A stretch of 64,000 nucleotides of DNA from the human T2T-CHM13v2.0 reference genome, Homo sapiens (GCF_009914755.1 NC_060933.1); one strand, 5' to 3'. Counted from the stretch's first letter, positions 1-13,913 are shown. The notes: generated from the sequence alone by a model not told the origin. Translations and numbers: made by a program.

Positions 1-190
1 CCCCAGGTTAGGGATGCTGGGCTGTACACTTGTCTGGCTGAAAGCCCTGCAGGTGCAATTGAGAAGAGCTTCCGGGTCAGGGTTCAAGGTAGGTGGTGGG
101 GGTGGGGTGGGGGCAGGGCCGGGAGGCAGGACGGGCTCGCGGCAGGGGTGAGTCCCCCTCTCATATCCTCTTGTGCCACCCCCTTCCCAG

Positions 191-327
191 CCCCTCCAAA
201 CATTGTTGGGCCCCGAGGCCCCCGCTTTGTGGTCGGCCTGGCCCCAGGGCAGCTGGTCCTGGAGTGTTCGGTGGAGGCAGAGCCAGCGCCCAAGATCACG
301 TGGCACCGAGACGGCATTGTGCTGCAG
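191..327 (+). CDS. HMCN2: HMCN2 exon, Ig N-half (PPNIVGPRG...[23 protein letters not shown])
   Basis: cccag| acceptor, CAG|gtgggc donor; Ig C..P.P.ITW motif; phase 1 to 0. Confidence 0.92.
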
Positions 328-903
328 GTGGGCGCCAGGCAGGGCCCCAGGGTGCTGCCTTCTGTCCCGCTCAGGCCTCAGACCTGACCTGGCCGGATCC
401 AAGATCCAGAGCGGGTGCCAAGGGCCCGCTCTGAGCTGCACTTTGCACCCTGTTCCCCGGGTGTCATACCCCCCGCCATTGTCATTGTCACTCCCATTTT
501 ATGGATGGGGACACTGAGGCAAGGCTCAGGTCACTCAGGGCTTCCGAGGCCCACCCAGTATTCTCCCCCTGGCTCCTTCAAGCTATGCTTAGCAGCTGTG
601 TGGCCTGGACCGGTGACCAAGGCTCTCCGTGCCCACCCCTCAAATGGGGTCAGTTTGCGGCTGTGGATTCAGGGTTGTGGATGTTCTGACAGGAACTCCA
701 GAGAAAGGGGATGCATTTCCTCCCAGAGGAGTGCATTTCCTTAGAGGGTCCTCGGCGGGGCACAGTCAGGGCCTGCGGTCAGCCTGGAAGTACAGAGCCA
801 CTGTCCAGCTTCACCAGTTCCTCAGTCTTCCACATCTGCTGCCGGGTGGCCTGACGCAGCTGGGCACTGATAAGGGTCTGTCCACCCTGGCGGGGCTCTC
901 CAG

Positions 904-1045
904 GAGGACGCCCACACACAATTCCCGGAGCGGGGCAGGTTCCTCCAGCTGCAGGCCCTGAGCACGGCTGACAGCGGCGACTACAGCTGCACAGCCCGCA
1001 ACGCCGCAGGCAGCACTAGTGTCGCCTTCCGCGTGGAGATCCACA
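904..1045 (+). CDS. HMCN2: HMCN2 exon, Ig C-half (EDAHTQF...[25 protein letters not shown])
   Basis: ctccag| acceptor, ACA|gtgagt donor; D.G.Y.C motif; phase 0 to 1. Confidence 0.93.
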
Positions 1046-1148
1046 GTGAGTAGGGCCCGCCCCACCCCACCCTGCCCACCTTACCCCACCCTGCCCACCC
1101 CCTTAGAGCCACAGCTCCCAGCACCACTCCCTCTGTGCCCCTCCCCAG

Positions 1149-1293
1149 CGGTGCCCACCATCCGGTCAGGACCACCTGCAGTGAACGTCTCAGTGAACCA
1201 GACAGCCCTGCTGCCTTGCCAGGCCGACGGCGTGCCCGCACCCCTCGTGAGCTGGCGGAAGGACAGGGTCCCCCTGGATCCCAGGAGCCCCAG
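1149..1293 (+). CDS. HMCN2: HMCN2 exon, Ig N-half (VPTIRSGPP...[18 protein letters not shown]...)
   Basis: ccccag| acceptor, CAG|gtggga donor; phase 1 to 2. Confidence 0.92.
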
Positions 1294-2034
1294 GTGGGAG
1301 AGGGAAGGGGTGGGCCTCAGGGAGGCTCTCAGGTGCCACTTTGTGGGTTGCAAATCAAACTCACTTGGGCAATTGGAGCAGAAAAGTGACTTTATCATCA
1401 GGACGTGGGGTGTCTCAGAACACAAGGACAGGCCCACCACTCATGAAGGTCTCTTGCTTGTTTAACTTGATCAGAAGCCTTGATAGATGGGGCGGGGTAG
1501 AGGGGCATGAATGGATCTCATGAGATCTGATGGTTTTAAAGCTTCTCTCAGCTTCTCTCTGTGTAGGCTTCATCTCTTTCTCTCTCTTACCTTCTTCCTT
1601 GGTGAACATGGGAGAAACACACCCCCTGACAACCCCGTGGCCCCCAGCCCCAGGTTTACAGCTCCTCAGCTCACTAGCAAGTTGTCTGTGAATCCCAACT
1701 CTAAATTCCCAGGGCACAGAATGCCATTGGCCCAGCCTGAGTGATGTGTCCATCCCCCATCCAATCAACTGTGGCCAGGGGCGGGATTGCACAGTACAGA
1801 CATGGCCCTTGGAAAGGGCATTTTTCAGATCTAGGGGCTGCTCTCAGGAAGAGCAGGGTGCTGCGCCTTCTGCGTCTCAGGAGAGGTCAAGCCCAGGAGG
1901 GTGCTGGAGATGCCCAAAGCAGCCCTTCTCTCCATCTTTCCAATGTTGGCTTGGGCTGTGGGGAGCTGCTCATGGCTCTGACCCCCTGACCTTGGCCTCA
2001 CAGATGCAAGACTCTGACCTCCAAAGTTAGCATC

Positions 2035-2397
2035 TGTATTAGGCCATTTTCACGTTGCTGATAAAGACATACCTGAGACTGGGCAATTTACAAAAGAAAG
2101 AGGTTTATTGGACTTGCAGTTCCACATGGCTGGGGAGGCCTCACAATCATGGTGGAAGGAAAGGAGGAACAAGTTACATCTTACGTGGATGGCAGCAGGC
2201 AAAGAGAGAGCTTATGCAGAGAAACTTACGTTTTTAAAACCATCAGATCTCGTGAGACCCATTCACTATCACGAGATCAGCACGGGAAAGACCCGCCCCC
2301 CAATTCAATCATCTCCTACCAGGTCCCTCCCACAACATGTGGGAATTATGGGAGCTACAAGATGAGATTTGGGTGGAGACAGAGCCAAACCATATCA
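2035..2397 (-). mobile_element. THE1-family (MaLR) solo LTR
   Basis: TG...CA termini, typical THE1 sequence, perfect 5-bp TSD GCATC (2030-2034 and 2398-2402). Confidence 0.92.
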
Positions 2398-2507
2398 GCA
2401 TCCTCTCACTGGGAAAGTGGGGGCAGAGGGAAGGGTCTTGCTAGAGACAGCCTTGCTCCAGACCCCACTGGCTTGCTCATCTCCAGGGCAACCCCCATCC
2501 ATTCTAG

Positions 2508-2635
2508 GTTTGAAATTCTGCCTGAGGGTTCCCTGAGAATCCAGCCAGTCCTTGCCCAGGACGCCGGCCACTACCTCTGCCTGGCATCCAACTCTGCTGG
2601 CTCCGATCGTCAAGGCCGTGACCTACGGGTCTTGG
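2508..2635 (+). CDS. HMCN2: HMCN2 exon, Ig C-half ([14 protein letters not shown]...[14 protein letters not shown]...)
   Basis: ttctag| acceptor (in-frame alternative AG 21 nt upstream), TGG|gtaggt donor; phase 2 to 1. Confidence 0.9.
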
Positions 2636-2885
2636 GTAGGTGGCCTGGGGAAGGCCTTCAGTGTCCAGTCCCTGTCGGGGTCCAGTCCTTCTTAGTTTCT
2701 GAGTCACCCCAGCTGTAGGGGCCAAGAGCCAATGGTCTTCAAATGTTTTTGACCATGAAGCCCATTAGTAAAAAGTTGTGATCATGCACACTCAAAGGAC
2801 ACAGATGTATTTTAGTGCATATATTACGTAACAGAACAGCGATTCGATTAAGTAAGAAACCATGTACAAAAGGTAAAACAAGTCT

Positions 2886-3182
<297 letters not shown>

Positions 3183-3530
3183 TCAAAATCACTAGAATCA
3201 GATGCCCCAGTCTCCTCCCCCTCCAACAGATCAGCTTGTGAGAGGTTGCTGTGGTGGGCCCTGGCCTCAGGTGGGGGCTGATGGGAGTGGAGGCCTGGAG
3301 GCTTCAGTCAAGGAAAGGCACTGAGGGGGTGCCAGGCTCAGGGATGGGGAAAGCCCAAAACACCCTGCTGGAAGCGCTGTCTCGGGGCTTTCTCCTGCCC
3401 TCTCCCTCTGTGCTCCCTCAGGGATGGGTGGAAGACAGTAGGCAGTGGCTTTGCCCCTGGGCACAGCCTCAGAGAGCCCCCAGCCCCTGTGCCCCCTGCA
3501 CCTGTCTCCTGACCACTGTGCTCTCCCCAG

Positions 3531-3687
3531 AGCCTCCAGCCATCGCCCCCAGCCCCTCCAACCTGACCCTGACCGCCCACACCCCAGCCTTGCTGCCCTG
3601 CGAGGCCAGCGGCTCCCCTAAGCCCCTGGTGGTCTGGTGGAAGGACGGACAGAAGCTGGACTTCCGCCTGCAGCAGGGCGCCTACCG
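3531..3687 (+). CDS. HMCN2: HMCN2 exon, Ig N-half ([14 protein letters not shown]...[18 protein letters not shown]...)
   Basis: ccccag| acceptor, CCG|gtaacg donor; phase 1 to 2. Confidence 0.93.
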
Positions 3688-3937
3688 GTAACGAGCTGGA
3701 CTTTGCGGTGGCTTCCTGAGACGCACAGGGCGGGGAGGCACTCTCTTCTCACGGGGGCATGGGGCAGGGACGGGGCGGGGTGTGCTCAGGTCTCACCGGA
3801 GTCAGGACCAGAACTTGTGTCTCAACTTTGGGGATCAGAGAGTCTTCACACTGAGATAGGGGTGAGGGCACTGGGGATATACAGCTAAACAGAGACATCT
3901 GGGCTTTATTTATATCCACCAGAGTCACTCTTGTCTA

Positions 3938-4262
<325 letters not shown>

Positions 4263-4490
4263 TTAAAAATTGGAAAACCAATGTACAGAGAAACAGGGAT
4301 GAAAACGAAAATCACTCAAAAATCCACCAGCTAGACCTGTGGGGCAGAAACTTCTAGAAGACATTTCTAGAGTCAGGGCTGGAGGTCAGATACAGGAAGG
4401 GGAAATGGGCGTGAGACCCCCACAGCCAGAAAGCCACAGCTGGTCTCTGTCAGCCCAGCAGCCACTTGGCCGTCTGTCTGTCCACCCCAG

Positions 4491-4612
4491 GCTCCTGCCC
4501 TCCAACGCCCTGCTCCTCACGGCCCCCGGCCCCCAGGACTCAGCCCAGTTTGAATGCGTGGTGAGCAATGAGGTGGGCGAGGCCCACAGGCTCTACCAGG
4601 TGACCGTCCATG
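4491..4612 (+). CDS. HMCN2: HMCN2 exon, Ig C-half (LLPSNALLL...[14 protein letters not shown]...)
   Basis: ccccag| acceptor, ATG|gtgagt donor; phase 2 to 1. Confidence 0.93.
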
Positions 4613-5245
4613 GTGAGTCGGGGCAGAGGTGGAGGGGGACACCTGGGGTGGGGGCAGCGCCTTCCCGCTCTTGGGTGCTCTCCCTGCCAGCAGGGAATTG
4701 TGTGGCTTTTTCCTGTGCTGCACTGGACACCTCCTCCAGGAAGGTCTCTCAGATCCTGCTGGGCCACACTGGCATAACCCCAGCTCCAGCACAGTTCCTG
4801 GCACACGGGAGCTCACAGGAGAGGCCCCTCGCAAATCCAGAATGTTCTAAACTCAAATCTGACCTTGTCATCACCCCCGTTAAAAATCCCTCCCTCCACA
4901 GCTGCCCGCTGCCCCCAGGATAGAATGCAACAATTCAGCTGGACACACCAGGTCCTGTGTGGTCTGGCCCTGCCAGATTCAGCTCACGCCAGACCTGCCT
5001 CATTCCAGGGTCTAATCAAGCTGCTCAGCTTCTTGTTTCTTGCCTCAAGGGGTTTGCACACGCTGTTGCCTTTGCCGGGAACACTCTTCCCCTCACTCAG
5101 CAAACACCTGCTTTCCCTTCAGATCGCAGGTTAAATGCCACTTCCCCTGGAGGTCTCCTCTGGCCTCCCCTACTCCAAGTGGGAAACCCACGAGTAACCC
5201 CCTGTGAAGTTACTAGGCCAGGGTCTCTATAGAAAGCTGTATCCC

Positions 5246-5545
5246 ACTGGGTGCAGTGGCATGTGCCTATGGTCCCAGCTACTCAGGAGGCTGAGACGGG
5301 AGGGTCGCTTGAGCCCAGGGAGTCCTGAGCTATAGTGCACTATGCTGATTGGGTGTTCGCACTAAGTTCAGCATCAATATGGTGACCTCCCGGGAGCGGG
5401 GGACCACCAGGCTGCCTAAGGAAGGGTGAACCTGCCCAGGTCAGAAACAGAGCAGATCAAGGCTCTCATGTTGATCAGCAGTAGGATCACACTTGTGATT
5501 AGCCACTGCATTCCAGCCTGGGCAACATACTGAGACCCCATCTCT
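5246..5545 (+). pseudogene. 7SL (SRP RNA) full-length retrocopy
   Basis: Alu-domain ends plus the S-domain (gcactaagttcagcatcaatatggtgacctcccgggagcgggggaccaccagg), which Alus lack; A-tail and degenerate TSD. Confidence 0.92.
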
Positions 5546-5762
5546 GAAAAAATACACTTTTTTTTTTAAAGAAAAAAAACTATAGCCCCGTGCCCAGAAG
5601 GATGTGCTGAGTGGGCAAATGTGACTTCTCCCTCTGTTGCCACCTCCCTCCTTGGCCCTTTGTCACTGATGTCACCTTGTGTACTAGCTTTACCCCCTGG
5701 CCCTGTGGCCGTGAGTGCCCTGTGCCCGCCGGCAGGGCCTCAAGCCTTGTCTTGGGTTTTAG

Positions 5763-5927
5763 TGCCTCCCACCATTGCCGATGACCAGACAGACTTCACC
5801 GTGACCATGATGGCACCTGTGGTCCTCACATGTCACAGCACGGGTATACCAGCTCCGACCGTGTCCTGGAGCAAGGCAGGCGCCCAGCTAGGAGCTCGGG
5901 GGAGTGGCTATCGTGTCTCACCATCGG
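5763..5927 (+). CDS. HMCN2: HMCN2 exon, Ig N-half (VPPTIADDQ...[17 protein letters not shown]...)
   Basis: ttttag| acceptor, CGG|gtaagt donor; phase 1 to 1. Confidence 0.93.
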
Positions 5928-6312
5928 GTAAGTAAGGGTAAGCCACAGAGAGAGGCAGCTGAGGGGAGACTGGGAGAGCAGGCAGAGGGGGTGAAAGGTC
6001 ACATGGCGGAATAGGATGGAACTATCTGGCCTGGCACTGCCTCTCCTGGCTGTGTGACCTGGGAGGACCCTCTCGCCCTCTCTGAGCTCCATATTCTCCT
6101 CCATGCTCTGCAGTGTTGAGACCCATCAGTGGTTCCCCAAGGCCCTCTGGCATACAAGTGCTATTTCATGGCAAAATAAGAAAAATAATAGCTCCCTGGG
6201 AGTTTTTGTAAACCTGGTTTAATCCCATCAGAAAGATCCTCCTGTATTCTGAAGTTATCTTTGGTGTTGAAACTTCCTTTTCTTGATGATATTAAGATAA
6301 TAGTACATGGTG

Positions 6313-6702
<390 letters not shown>

Positions 6703-6771
6703 TAAAGTCTAGGAACCAGTGGCCAAACCTGTGATTTTCAAACTCTTCTGAAGCAATAGAACTTCCTTCCA

Positions 6772-7080
6772 GGCCAGGCGCAGGGACTCACGCCTGTAAT
6801 TCCAGCACTTTGGGAGGCTGAGGCAGGAGGATTGTTTGAAGCCAGGAGTTTGAGACCAGCCTGGGCAACACAGCAAGACCCCATGTCTACAAACACATTT
6901 TTAAAAATTAGCTGGGTGCGGTGGTGCATGCCTGTGGTCCCAGCTGCTTGGGAGGCTGAGGTGGGAGGATTGCTTGAGTGTAGGAGTTCAAGGATGCAGT
7001 GAGCTATGATTGCACCACTGTACTCCAGCCTGGGCAACAGAGTGAGACTCTGTCTCAAAACAAAATACAAAACAAAAACT
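6772..7080 (+). mobile_element. Alu
   Basis: Alu dimer with A-rich tail. Confidence 0.92.
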
Positions 7081-7768
7081 TCTTTCCAATAAGTGTAATA
7101 AGTGGTAACAGCAAAGTCCAACAAGTGAAACAAACCACAGTTCTGGTTCCATCTGGGGCTGGGACAGGGGCTGTGGGTGGGCCAGAGTGCCGTGGGCCTT
7201 GCTTCCTTCCCCCACCCAGCAGGCCCCCAGGGGCCCACGGAGCACAATTTAGAACCCTCGTCACTTGACTGCCAAGGTGCAGCCTGCAGTCTGGGAAGGT
7301 TAAAATGGTGTTCACTGAGTAACCAAGGCTAAGGCCAGGAGGATAAAGGGAGGAGAGGAGGCAGTAATCCTGGGAGGCTTCCTAGAGGAGGTGAGTTTTT
7401 AGCAGAGCAAGGTGAGAATGACAGGATGTGGAACTGTGAGTGGGGGATTACAGGCAGGGGAGTGGCAGATCCTGGAACTTCACAGCCTAAAGGGTCTAGA
7501 GACCATCTTGTCTGATTCTTCATTGTGCACATGGGGAAACTGAGGTCCAGAGAGTGGAAGGAACTCGCCCATGTCTCTGCTTTGGGCAGGGCACAGAGGC
7601 AAACCTAGATGTCAGGTTCCCATACAGTCACATCCCCCAGACTGTTTGTAAATGGGCAAAGGAGGCAGGTTGAGTGACCAGAGACAGAGTGGGGTTGTGT
7701 AGGAGCCCTGCCACCTCCATCCCTGGGGACCTCTGTCCTGATCCCCTCACCCTGATTCCCACCAACAG

Positions 7769-7876
7769 GCGCCCTGGAGATCGGGCAGGCCCTCCCCATC
7801 CACGCAGGCCGCTACACCTGCTCAGCCCGCAACTCTGCCGGCGTAGCCCACAAGCACGTCTTCCTCACTGTGCAAG
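7769..7876 (+). CDS. HMCN2: HMCN2 exon, Ig C-half ([24 protein letters not shown]...LTVQ)
   Basis: caacag| acceptor, AAG|gtaagg donor; phase 1 to 1. Confidence 0.93.
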
Positions 7877-8173
7877 GTAAGGGTCCGTGGTCCAGACCCC
7901 AGAGTTCCTAGGGCCAGGGGAGCAGGTGGAGAGCCAGAGGCAGGTGGGGCTCAGGATGGAGGTGAGGCCCCGGGTCTCAGAGGCCCCGACCTGTCTCCCA
8001 TGGGATTCTTTGGCAGGAAAAGAATCAGCCATGGCGTCCTTGTTGCTGTGGCCGATGTTTCTAGAACCCCCGTTCTCCTTAGAGGCCTCTCTCTCTGATG
8101 CTCCGAGGCCCGCTGGTTGGAGGAGTTGTGTTAAGGACATTCTCAGGGCCCTCTGCACCCCCGTCCTTTGTAG

Positions 8174-8308
8174 CCTCCCCGGTGGTGAAGCCGCTGCCCA
8201 GCGTGGTTCGGGCAGTGGCAGAGGAGGAGGTGCTGCTGCCCTGCGAGGCCTCAGGCATCCCCCGGCCGACCATCACCTGGCAGAAGGAAGGGCTCAACGT
8301 CGCTACTG
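8174..8308 (+). CDS. HMCN2: HMCN2 exon, Ig N-half (SPVVKPLPS...[19 protein letters not shown]...)
   Basis: ttgtag| acceptor, CTG|gtgagg donor; phase 1 to 1. Confidence 0.93.
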
Positions 8309-8720
8309 GTGAGGGCCCCTGGCAGCCAGCCTGGGAAGGGAAGAGAAGAGCGTGGGTCTGGGCAGGGGGGGAGTCCTGCTTCCTGCCCTGGGAGACCCCG
8401 CAGACCTGCTGAGAGGTCCTGGAAAGCCCCTGGCCTGCCCAGATACGCCCCCACCCTTGCTCTGGCCTCCCCCTCCCCAACCCTTCTCCTGTCACCATGG
8501 CCTGAGATGCCATCCGAGCACTCGGTGGCTGAGGTGGGAGGTCGGGAGGGGGCAGCTGAGCTGGGCTCAGGGTCAGGCTTCTTGGCTCCTTCTGTCCCTT
8601 GGTCATTCTGTGACCCCAGCAAGTCATTTGCTGCCTGTGAGACAGAATAGCCCAATCTGCCCACCTCGGGGGTCCCCAGTCCCAGTTCCCAGGCCCCCGA
8701 TTTTCTTCTTCCTCGTTCAG

Positions 8721-8855
8721 GAGTGAGTACCCAGGTCCTACCAGGCGGACAGCTGCGGATTGCCCATGCCAGCCCAGAGGATGCTGGAAACTATCTCTGC
8801 ATCGCTAAGAACAGTGCGGGCAGTGCCATGGGGAAGACGCGGCTGGTGGTGCAAG
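8721..8855 (+). CDS. HMCN2: HMCN2 exon, Ig C-half ([13 protein letters not shown]...[14 protein letters not shown]...VVQ)
   Basis: long pyrimidine tract and gttcag| acceptor, AAG|gtggga donor; phase 1 to 1. Confidence 0.93.
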
Positions 8856-9848
8856 GTGGGAGTGAGGACGGGGCCGAGGTGGGCCCTGGCAACTGAGGGG
8901 CTTTGAGGCTTCTGCAAGCTTCTCCCTTCTCTGCCTGGCAGGGCACACTGCTTATAGTTCTAGAAGGAATTAAGGGGAAAACATCTCCCATTGTGCGCCT
9001 GAGTTCTGGTTTCAGACATAAATTCCCATCCCCTCTGCCTTCTCTCTGGCCCTGTGGAACACAAGTCTAGCATCCCTCATTCATTCTGGTTTCCAGTAGC
9101 TGTAGCCTCTCTGGCCCTGCTCTGGCACACACACAATTACATGTGCCCTTCCCTTAGTTTGATCAATCATTGGCTTCAAAGATCAGGTGGCATCACTGGC
9201 CAAAAATCTGCAAAGTCTGCTGGGAATATTCAGTATGGGCCGGTCATGTCTTGGCCCCAGTGGCCTGCTTTGTGGTATCTCAGTGGCCATCCCCGCCCGC
9301 AGCTATGTAGGGCTGGAGTCAGACTCTGGCTGTGAACTCAGAGGGGCTCCTGGCTCCAAGATTCCTCCGCTTCTTGTCCAGCGTGCTCCTCTCCCCTGGG
9401 ACCTGTAGCATCGCTGGTCACCAGACCAGCCAGACACCAAGCCAGTGACCCTCACTCTGCCCAGCATAGCTCCTCCGCAGGGATGCTCTGTGACAGCTGC
9501 CCTGCTTTTGTTCCTGGAGGTGGCCTAGTACAAGGTCCAAGTGGACCCTGCCCAAGGCCTCTGTCCTGCGGCTTTTAGTCTTCTGTGTGTGTGCGTGTAT
9601 ATGTGCATGCATGTGTGTGTGTGTGTACACGTGTGCACAGGTGCAATGGAATCACCGTCACAGCTACACCAAACTCAGGGAGTCCCCAAATCATCCTGAG
9701 CACGGGCAATGGCCTATGACTAGGGAGTTGGAGGGGGCAGCTGATGGCCAGGGAGGGCTGAAGGGCTGGGCCAAAGGCCAAGGGCCCCAGGATGGTGTCA
9801 GCCGCCTCCCTGAGCCCCGGTTCCGAGTGGGCCTCCCTCTGCCCGCAG

Positions 9849-10039
9849 TCCCACCAGTGATCGAGAATGGCCTCCCAGACCTGTCCACCACCGAAGGCTC
9901 CCACGCCTTCTTGCCTTGCAAGGCGAGGGGCAGTCCTGAGCCCAACATCACCTGGGACAAAGATGGCCAGCCTGTGTCGGGCGCCGAGGGGAAGTTCACC
10001 ATCCAGCCTTCTGGGGAGTTGCTGGTGAAGAACTTGGAG
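9849..10039 (+). CDS. HMCN2: HMCN2 exon, Ig ([10 protein letters not shown]...[18 protein letters not shown]...LVKNLE)
   Basis: ccgcag| acceptor, GAG|gtgagg donor; phase 1 to 0. Confidence 0.93.
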
Positions 10040-10934
10040 GTGAGGCACTGCCCCAAGGGGCACAGCAGGGAATAATGGCTGAGACCCCTGTTTGTCATGC
10101 TCTGCGCTGAGCACTATGCAGCCTTTAACCCTGGGAGCCTGGGGAAATCAGTGTCACCATCCCGGGTACAGAGAGCCAGAACTGAGGCTCAAAGTGTACC
10201 TAGTTGTCCACCATTGCCAAGAGGCAGAACCCAAATTTGAACCTGGACCTCGGTAGCCAGCTCCTGGGGAAGGGAGGGAACTCGGACTAGGGCTCAGGGA
10301 TACGGTGATGACTTTGTGTCCTGAAAGTCTACCCAGTTGTTGTCAACCATGCGTAGGCATTAACCGTCCTCTGGGTTTTGGGGAGTGTTGAGCCAGGGGT
10401 ATGGGTGGGACCCCCAACCTCCTTCCCCTCAGCACTCATCAGATTCTGCAATTTTATGATGAGACCCTCTCCAGATGGGTTCAGTGGACACACCTAGAGG
10501 GGTCAGAGGCATTGGACCCGGCCACCCAGGGAGCCTGGGGGTGCAGTGGTGAGCGCACCGGCCCTGCTTGAATGCACCATAAAACTCCTCCTCTTGGAGC
10601 CCCTGTTGGGCCCTCTATCAGGGCACCAAAAGCAAGGCCTGCAGTGCAGGTCAAGTTCTGAGGACAGGGCAGCACACAGTAGGTGTTTGGTAAACACTGG
10701 CTATTGCGATCATGCAGTCAGGGCTGGGGTTATGAAGCAGTAGAGCATGTGAATGCTGCAGGGCTGGGCAGGGGCACGGTGGTGATGCTGACCCGTTTGC
10801 TAGCTGTGTGACCTTGGGCAAGTCACTTCCCCTCTCTGGGCTGGATGCTCCATGAGAACCTTCAAGGGTCAGGGGCATCCTGACCTATGCCGAGGTGGGG
10901 CAGTTCTCCGGCCAACCCCTTTCTTTGCTCACAG

Positions 10935-11148
10935 GGCCAGGACGCAGGCACCTATACCTGTACCGCTGAGAACGCCGTGGGCCGGGCCCGCCGCCGCGTG
11001 CACCTCACCATCCTGGTACTGCCTGTGTTCACCACCCTGCCTGGGGACCGCAGCCTGCGCCTTGGGGACAGGCTGTGGCTTCGCTGTGCAGCCCGGGGCA
11101 GCCCCACCCCTCGCATTGGCTGGACTGTCAACGACCGGCCAGTCACAG
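10935..11148 (+). CDS. HMCN2: HMCN2 exon, Ig end plus next Ig start ([13 protein letters not shown]...[19 protein letters not shown]...)
   Basis: tcacag| acceptor, CAG|gtctgg donor; phase 0 to 1. Confidence 0.92.
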
Positions 11149-11935
11149 GTCTGGGTCTGCTGGGCATGGGTGGGACAGAGAGCCAGGACACCGGGAGGTT
11201 AAGAAGGGAGGGCAGGTGGGGAGACCCAACCTAGTGGAAAGGAAGAGGTTGTCAGCCAGCCCTGTTGGTTCTGGGTCTTCCAATGTGGCCCTATGTAGGG
11301 GGACAGGGCAAACCCAGCTGTGGCCATATGTGACAAGCCATATATCAGAGCTGGCAAGAGGCCACCTGAGAAGACTCAACCCAGAGACCTCAGGGCCAGG
11401 AAGGGGAGGCCTGTGTTCTAGTCCAGAGCTGCTGCTCCCATTGTGGGACCCTCAGCAAACCCGTTTTGCTGGGGGCCCGTGGGGACTCTGTCCTCCTACC
11501 GGAAACCCAGGTGATGTCTAGGGAGACACAGGGCCTGTGGAGTACCTGCTGGGTACTCAATGTTTGCTGAATTGATAAATTGCTAAGTCCCCTCCACTGC
11601 AAAATGATACTTTCCTACATTAGGATATGACATCACACATTCCTAACTCTGAGTCCCCAGGTGTGGAATACCCGTGCTCACCTGTGGTGAAGGCTTTGCT
11701 CGGCTCCACCACTTCCTGGGGAGGGACCTTGGGCAGGTATAATAGTTCAGCCTGTCTGAGCGCCGCTCTCCATCTGTCAAATGGACATAACCAGGGGTCC
11801 TGAGGACAGAATGACAATGGAGGGGCCGTGCTCGGCACAGGCCTGGCCCGGAGTAGATGCCCAATTGATGGTACTGCTTGTCTGTATTCCTCTCCTAGAG
11901 GTGATGGCCCACCCCAAAGGAAAAGTTCATTATTA

Positions 11936-12276
<341 letters not shown>

Positions 12277-12550
12277 TCAGTAAGTGTCCTGTGCTGAGAG
12301 GCCCCCAAAAACCTGCCCTTGACCGTTTATCAAACACACAGTGTGCACTGGAAGATGGTAGAAGGCAGGTTCATTAACCGCAGCCTCCAGTGTGGCCTGT
12401 GCCTCCCAGGAACGTGTCTGATTTGATCAACCTTCACCCGGGACTCCCATCTGTTTCTGCATTTTTATTAAGTTCCTGCAGGTACCCAGGCACCAGGGAA
12501 GTGTTTAGGGCAGGAGTTCCCTGCACCCGACTTCTCTTTCTCCACCACAG

Positions 12551-12685
12551 AAGGGGTGTCTGAGCAGGATGGAGGCAGCACGCTGCAGCGGGCCGCTGTC
12601 TCCAGAGAAGACAGCGGGACCTATGTCTGCTGGGCGGAGAACAGAGTGGGCCGCACGCAGGCGGTCAGCTTCGTCCACGTGAAGG
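12551..12685 (+). CDS. HMCN2: HMCN2 exon, Ig C-half ([12 protein letters not shown]...[14 protein letters not shown]...VHVK)
   Basis: ccacag| acceptor, AGG|gtaggg donor; phase 1 to 1. Confidence 0.93.
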
Positions 12686-12784
12686 GTAGGGCACATTCCC
12701 CAGGTGGCTTCTCTCTCAAGACCTCCAGTCTATTGGGACCCAATCTATTGGTTTCCTAAGAACCCAGCCTCCTGTCCTCTGAAC

Positions 12785-12935
12785 TAGTGGTTCCCCACCC
12801 TGGCTGCATGTTAGAATCCCCTGGGGGACTTTAAATTCTGAAGTCCAGGTTCTACTTCCAACTCTGTAAACCAGCCTCTCTGGGGTGAGGCCTAGGCATC
12901 GGTATTTTTGACACTCCCAAGACGACCCTGGCTGC
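12785..12935. mobile_element. MER5-like fragment
   Basis: agtggtt...ccctggctgcatgttagaatc...ggggtgaggcctaggcatcggtattttt. Confidence 0.6.
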
Positions 12936-13722
12936 AGGTAGAATTGGAATCTGACCAATTGCCCTACAGCACTACCTGCAGCTGGATGGTGCCAGGGTAG
13001 GAGGAGAGCATGGAGGCCAGGGCATCCTGGCAGAAAAATGCCAGAAGCTTGCCAGCCAGCCAGTTGTCCCCTATGACCTACTCATCCACCAGGAGTAGCA
13101 CAGGAGCCCTCGGTGACAACGTGTCTTAGTTTGCACAACCTCAGGATGGGTGGGGCTGGATGGGGGGAATGAGCAGCCCCAGGCACCAAAAGAGAACTGC
13201 AGCTTTTGGTAGATCCAACCTCAGGAAACCAGGAAGGATATAAGCCAGTCCAGAGCATCGAAGAGTGTTTTGAGATTAGCATGAATCTCATAGCGTTGCT
13301 TTGTACAACAGAGGTGTCTAGGGTTCTTGTTTTTTTATAGTTATTGATTTCCAAAGTACCTGGCAGGTACTCCGCTGCTAGTGTAATCCATCTGTGAAAG
13401 AGAGTATATGACACGCGTAACACTGCCTTCCTGCCTGTGCCCATCTCAGGCATCACTAATCAATCACAGCACCATTCTCATTCAGCTTCAAATGCTTCTC
13501 AGCACAGTTCTTGGAAAGTCTTTGCCAGTCTTTGTGACTTGACCCATGACATGAACACTGTTTGCTGTCCCTGATGCACTGACTAAACACAACCATGCTG
13601 TGCTAGCAGAAGCCTCTGGAGGCCCCTGGAGGCAGGAGTTGGGCAGTCCTTTGGGGTTTATGGGAGGCTGAGCCAGCAGGCAACCTCTTTTCTGACAACT
13701 TGCTCGATGTCACCCCATGCAG

Positions 13723-13913
13723 AGGCTCCTGTCCTACAAGGGGAGGCTTTCTCCTACCTGGTGGAACCTGTAGGAGGCAGCATTCAGCTAGACTGTGTGG
13801 TGCGTGGAGACCCAGTGCCGGACATCCACTGGATCAAAGATGGCCTTCCACTGCGGGGCAGCCACCTCCGGCACCAGCTGCAGAATGGCTCGCTGACCAT
13901 CCACAGGACTGAG
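13723..13913 (+). CDS. HMCN2: HMCN2 exon, Ig ([10 protein letters not shown]...[19 protein letters not shown]...LTIHRTE); probable GC donor
   Basis: atgcag| acceptor; phase-0 end at GAG|gcaagg. The 191-nt length matches the analogous exon 9849-10039. Confidence 0.85.
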
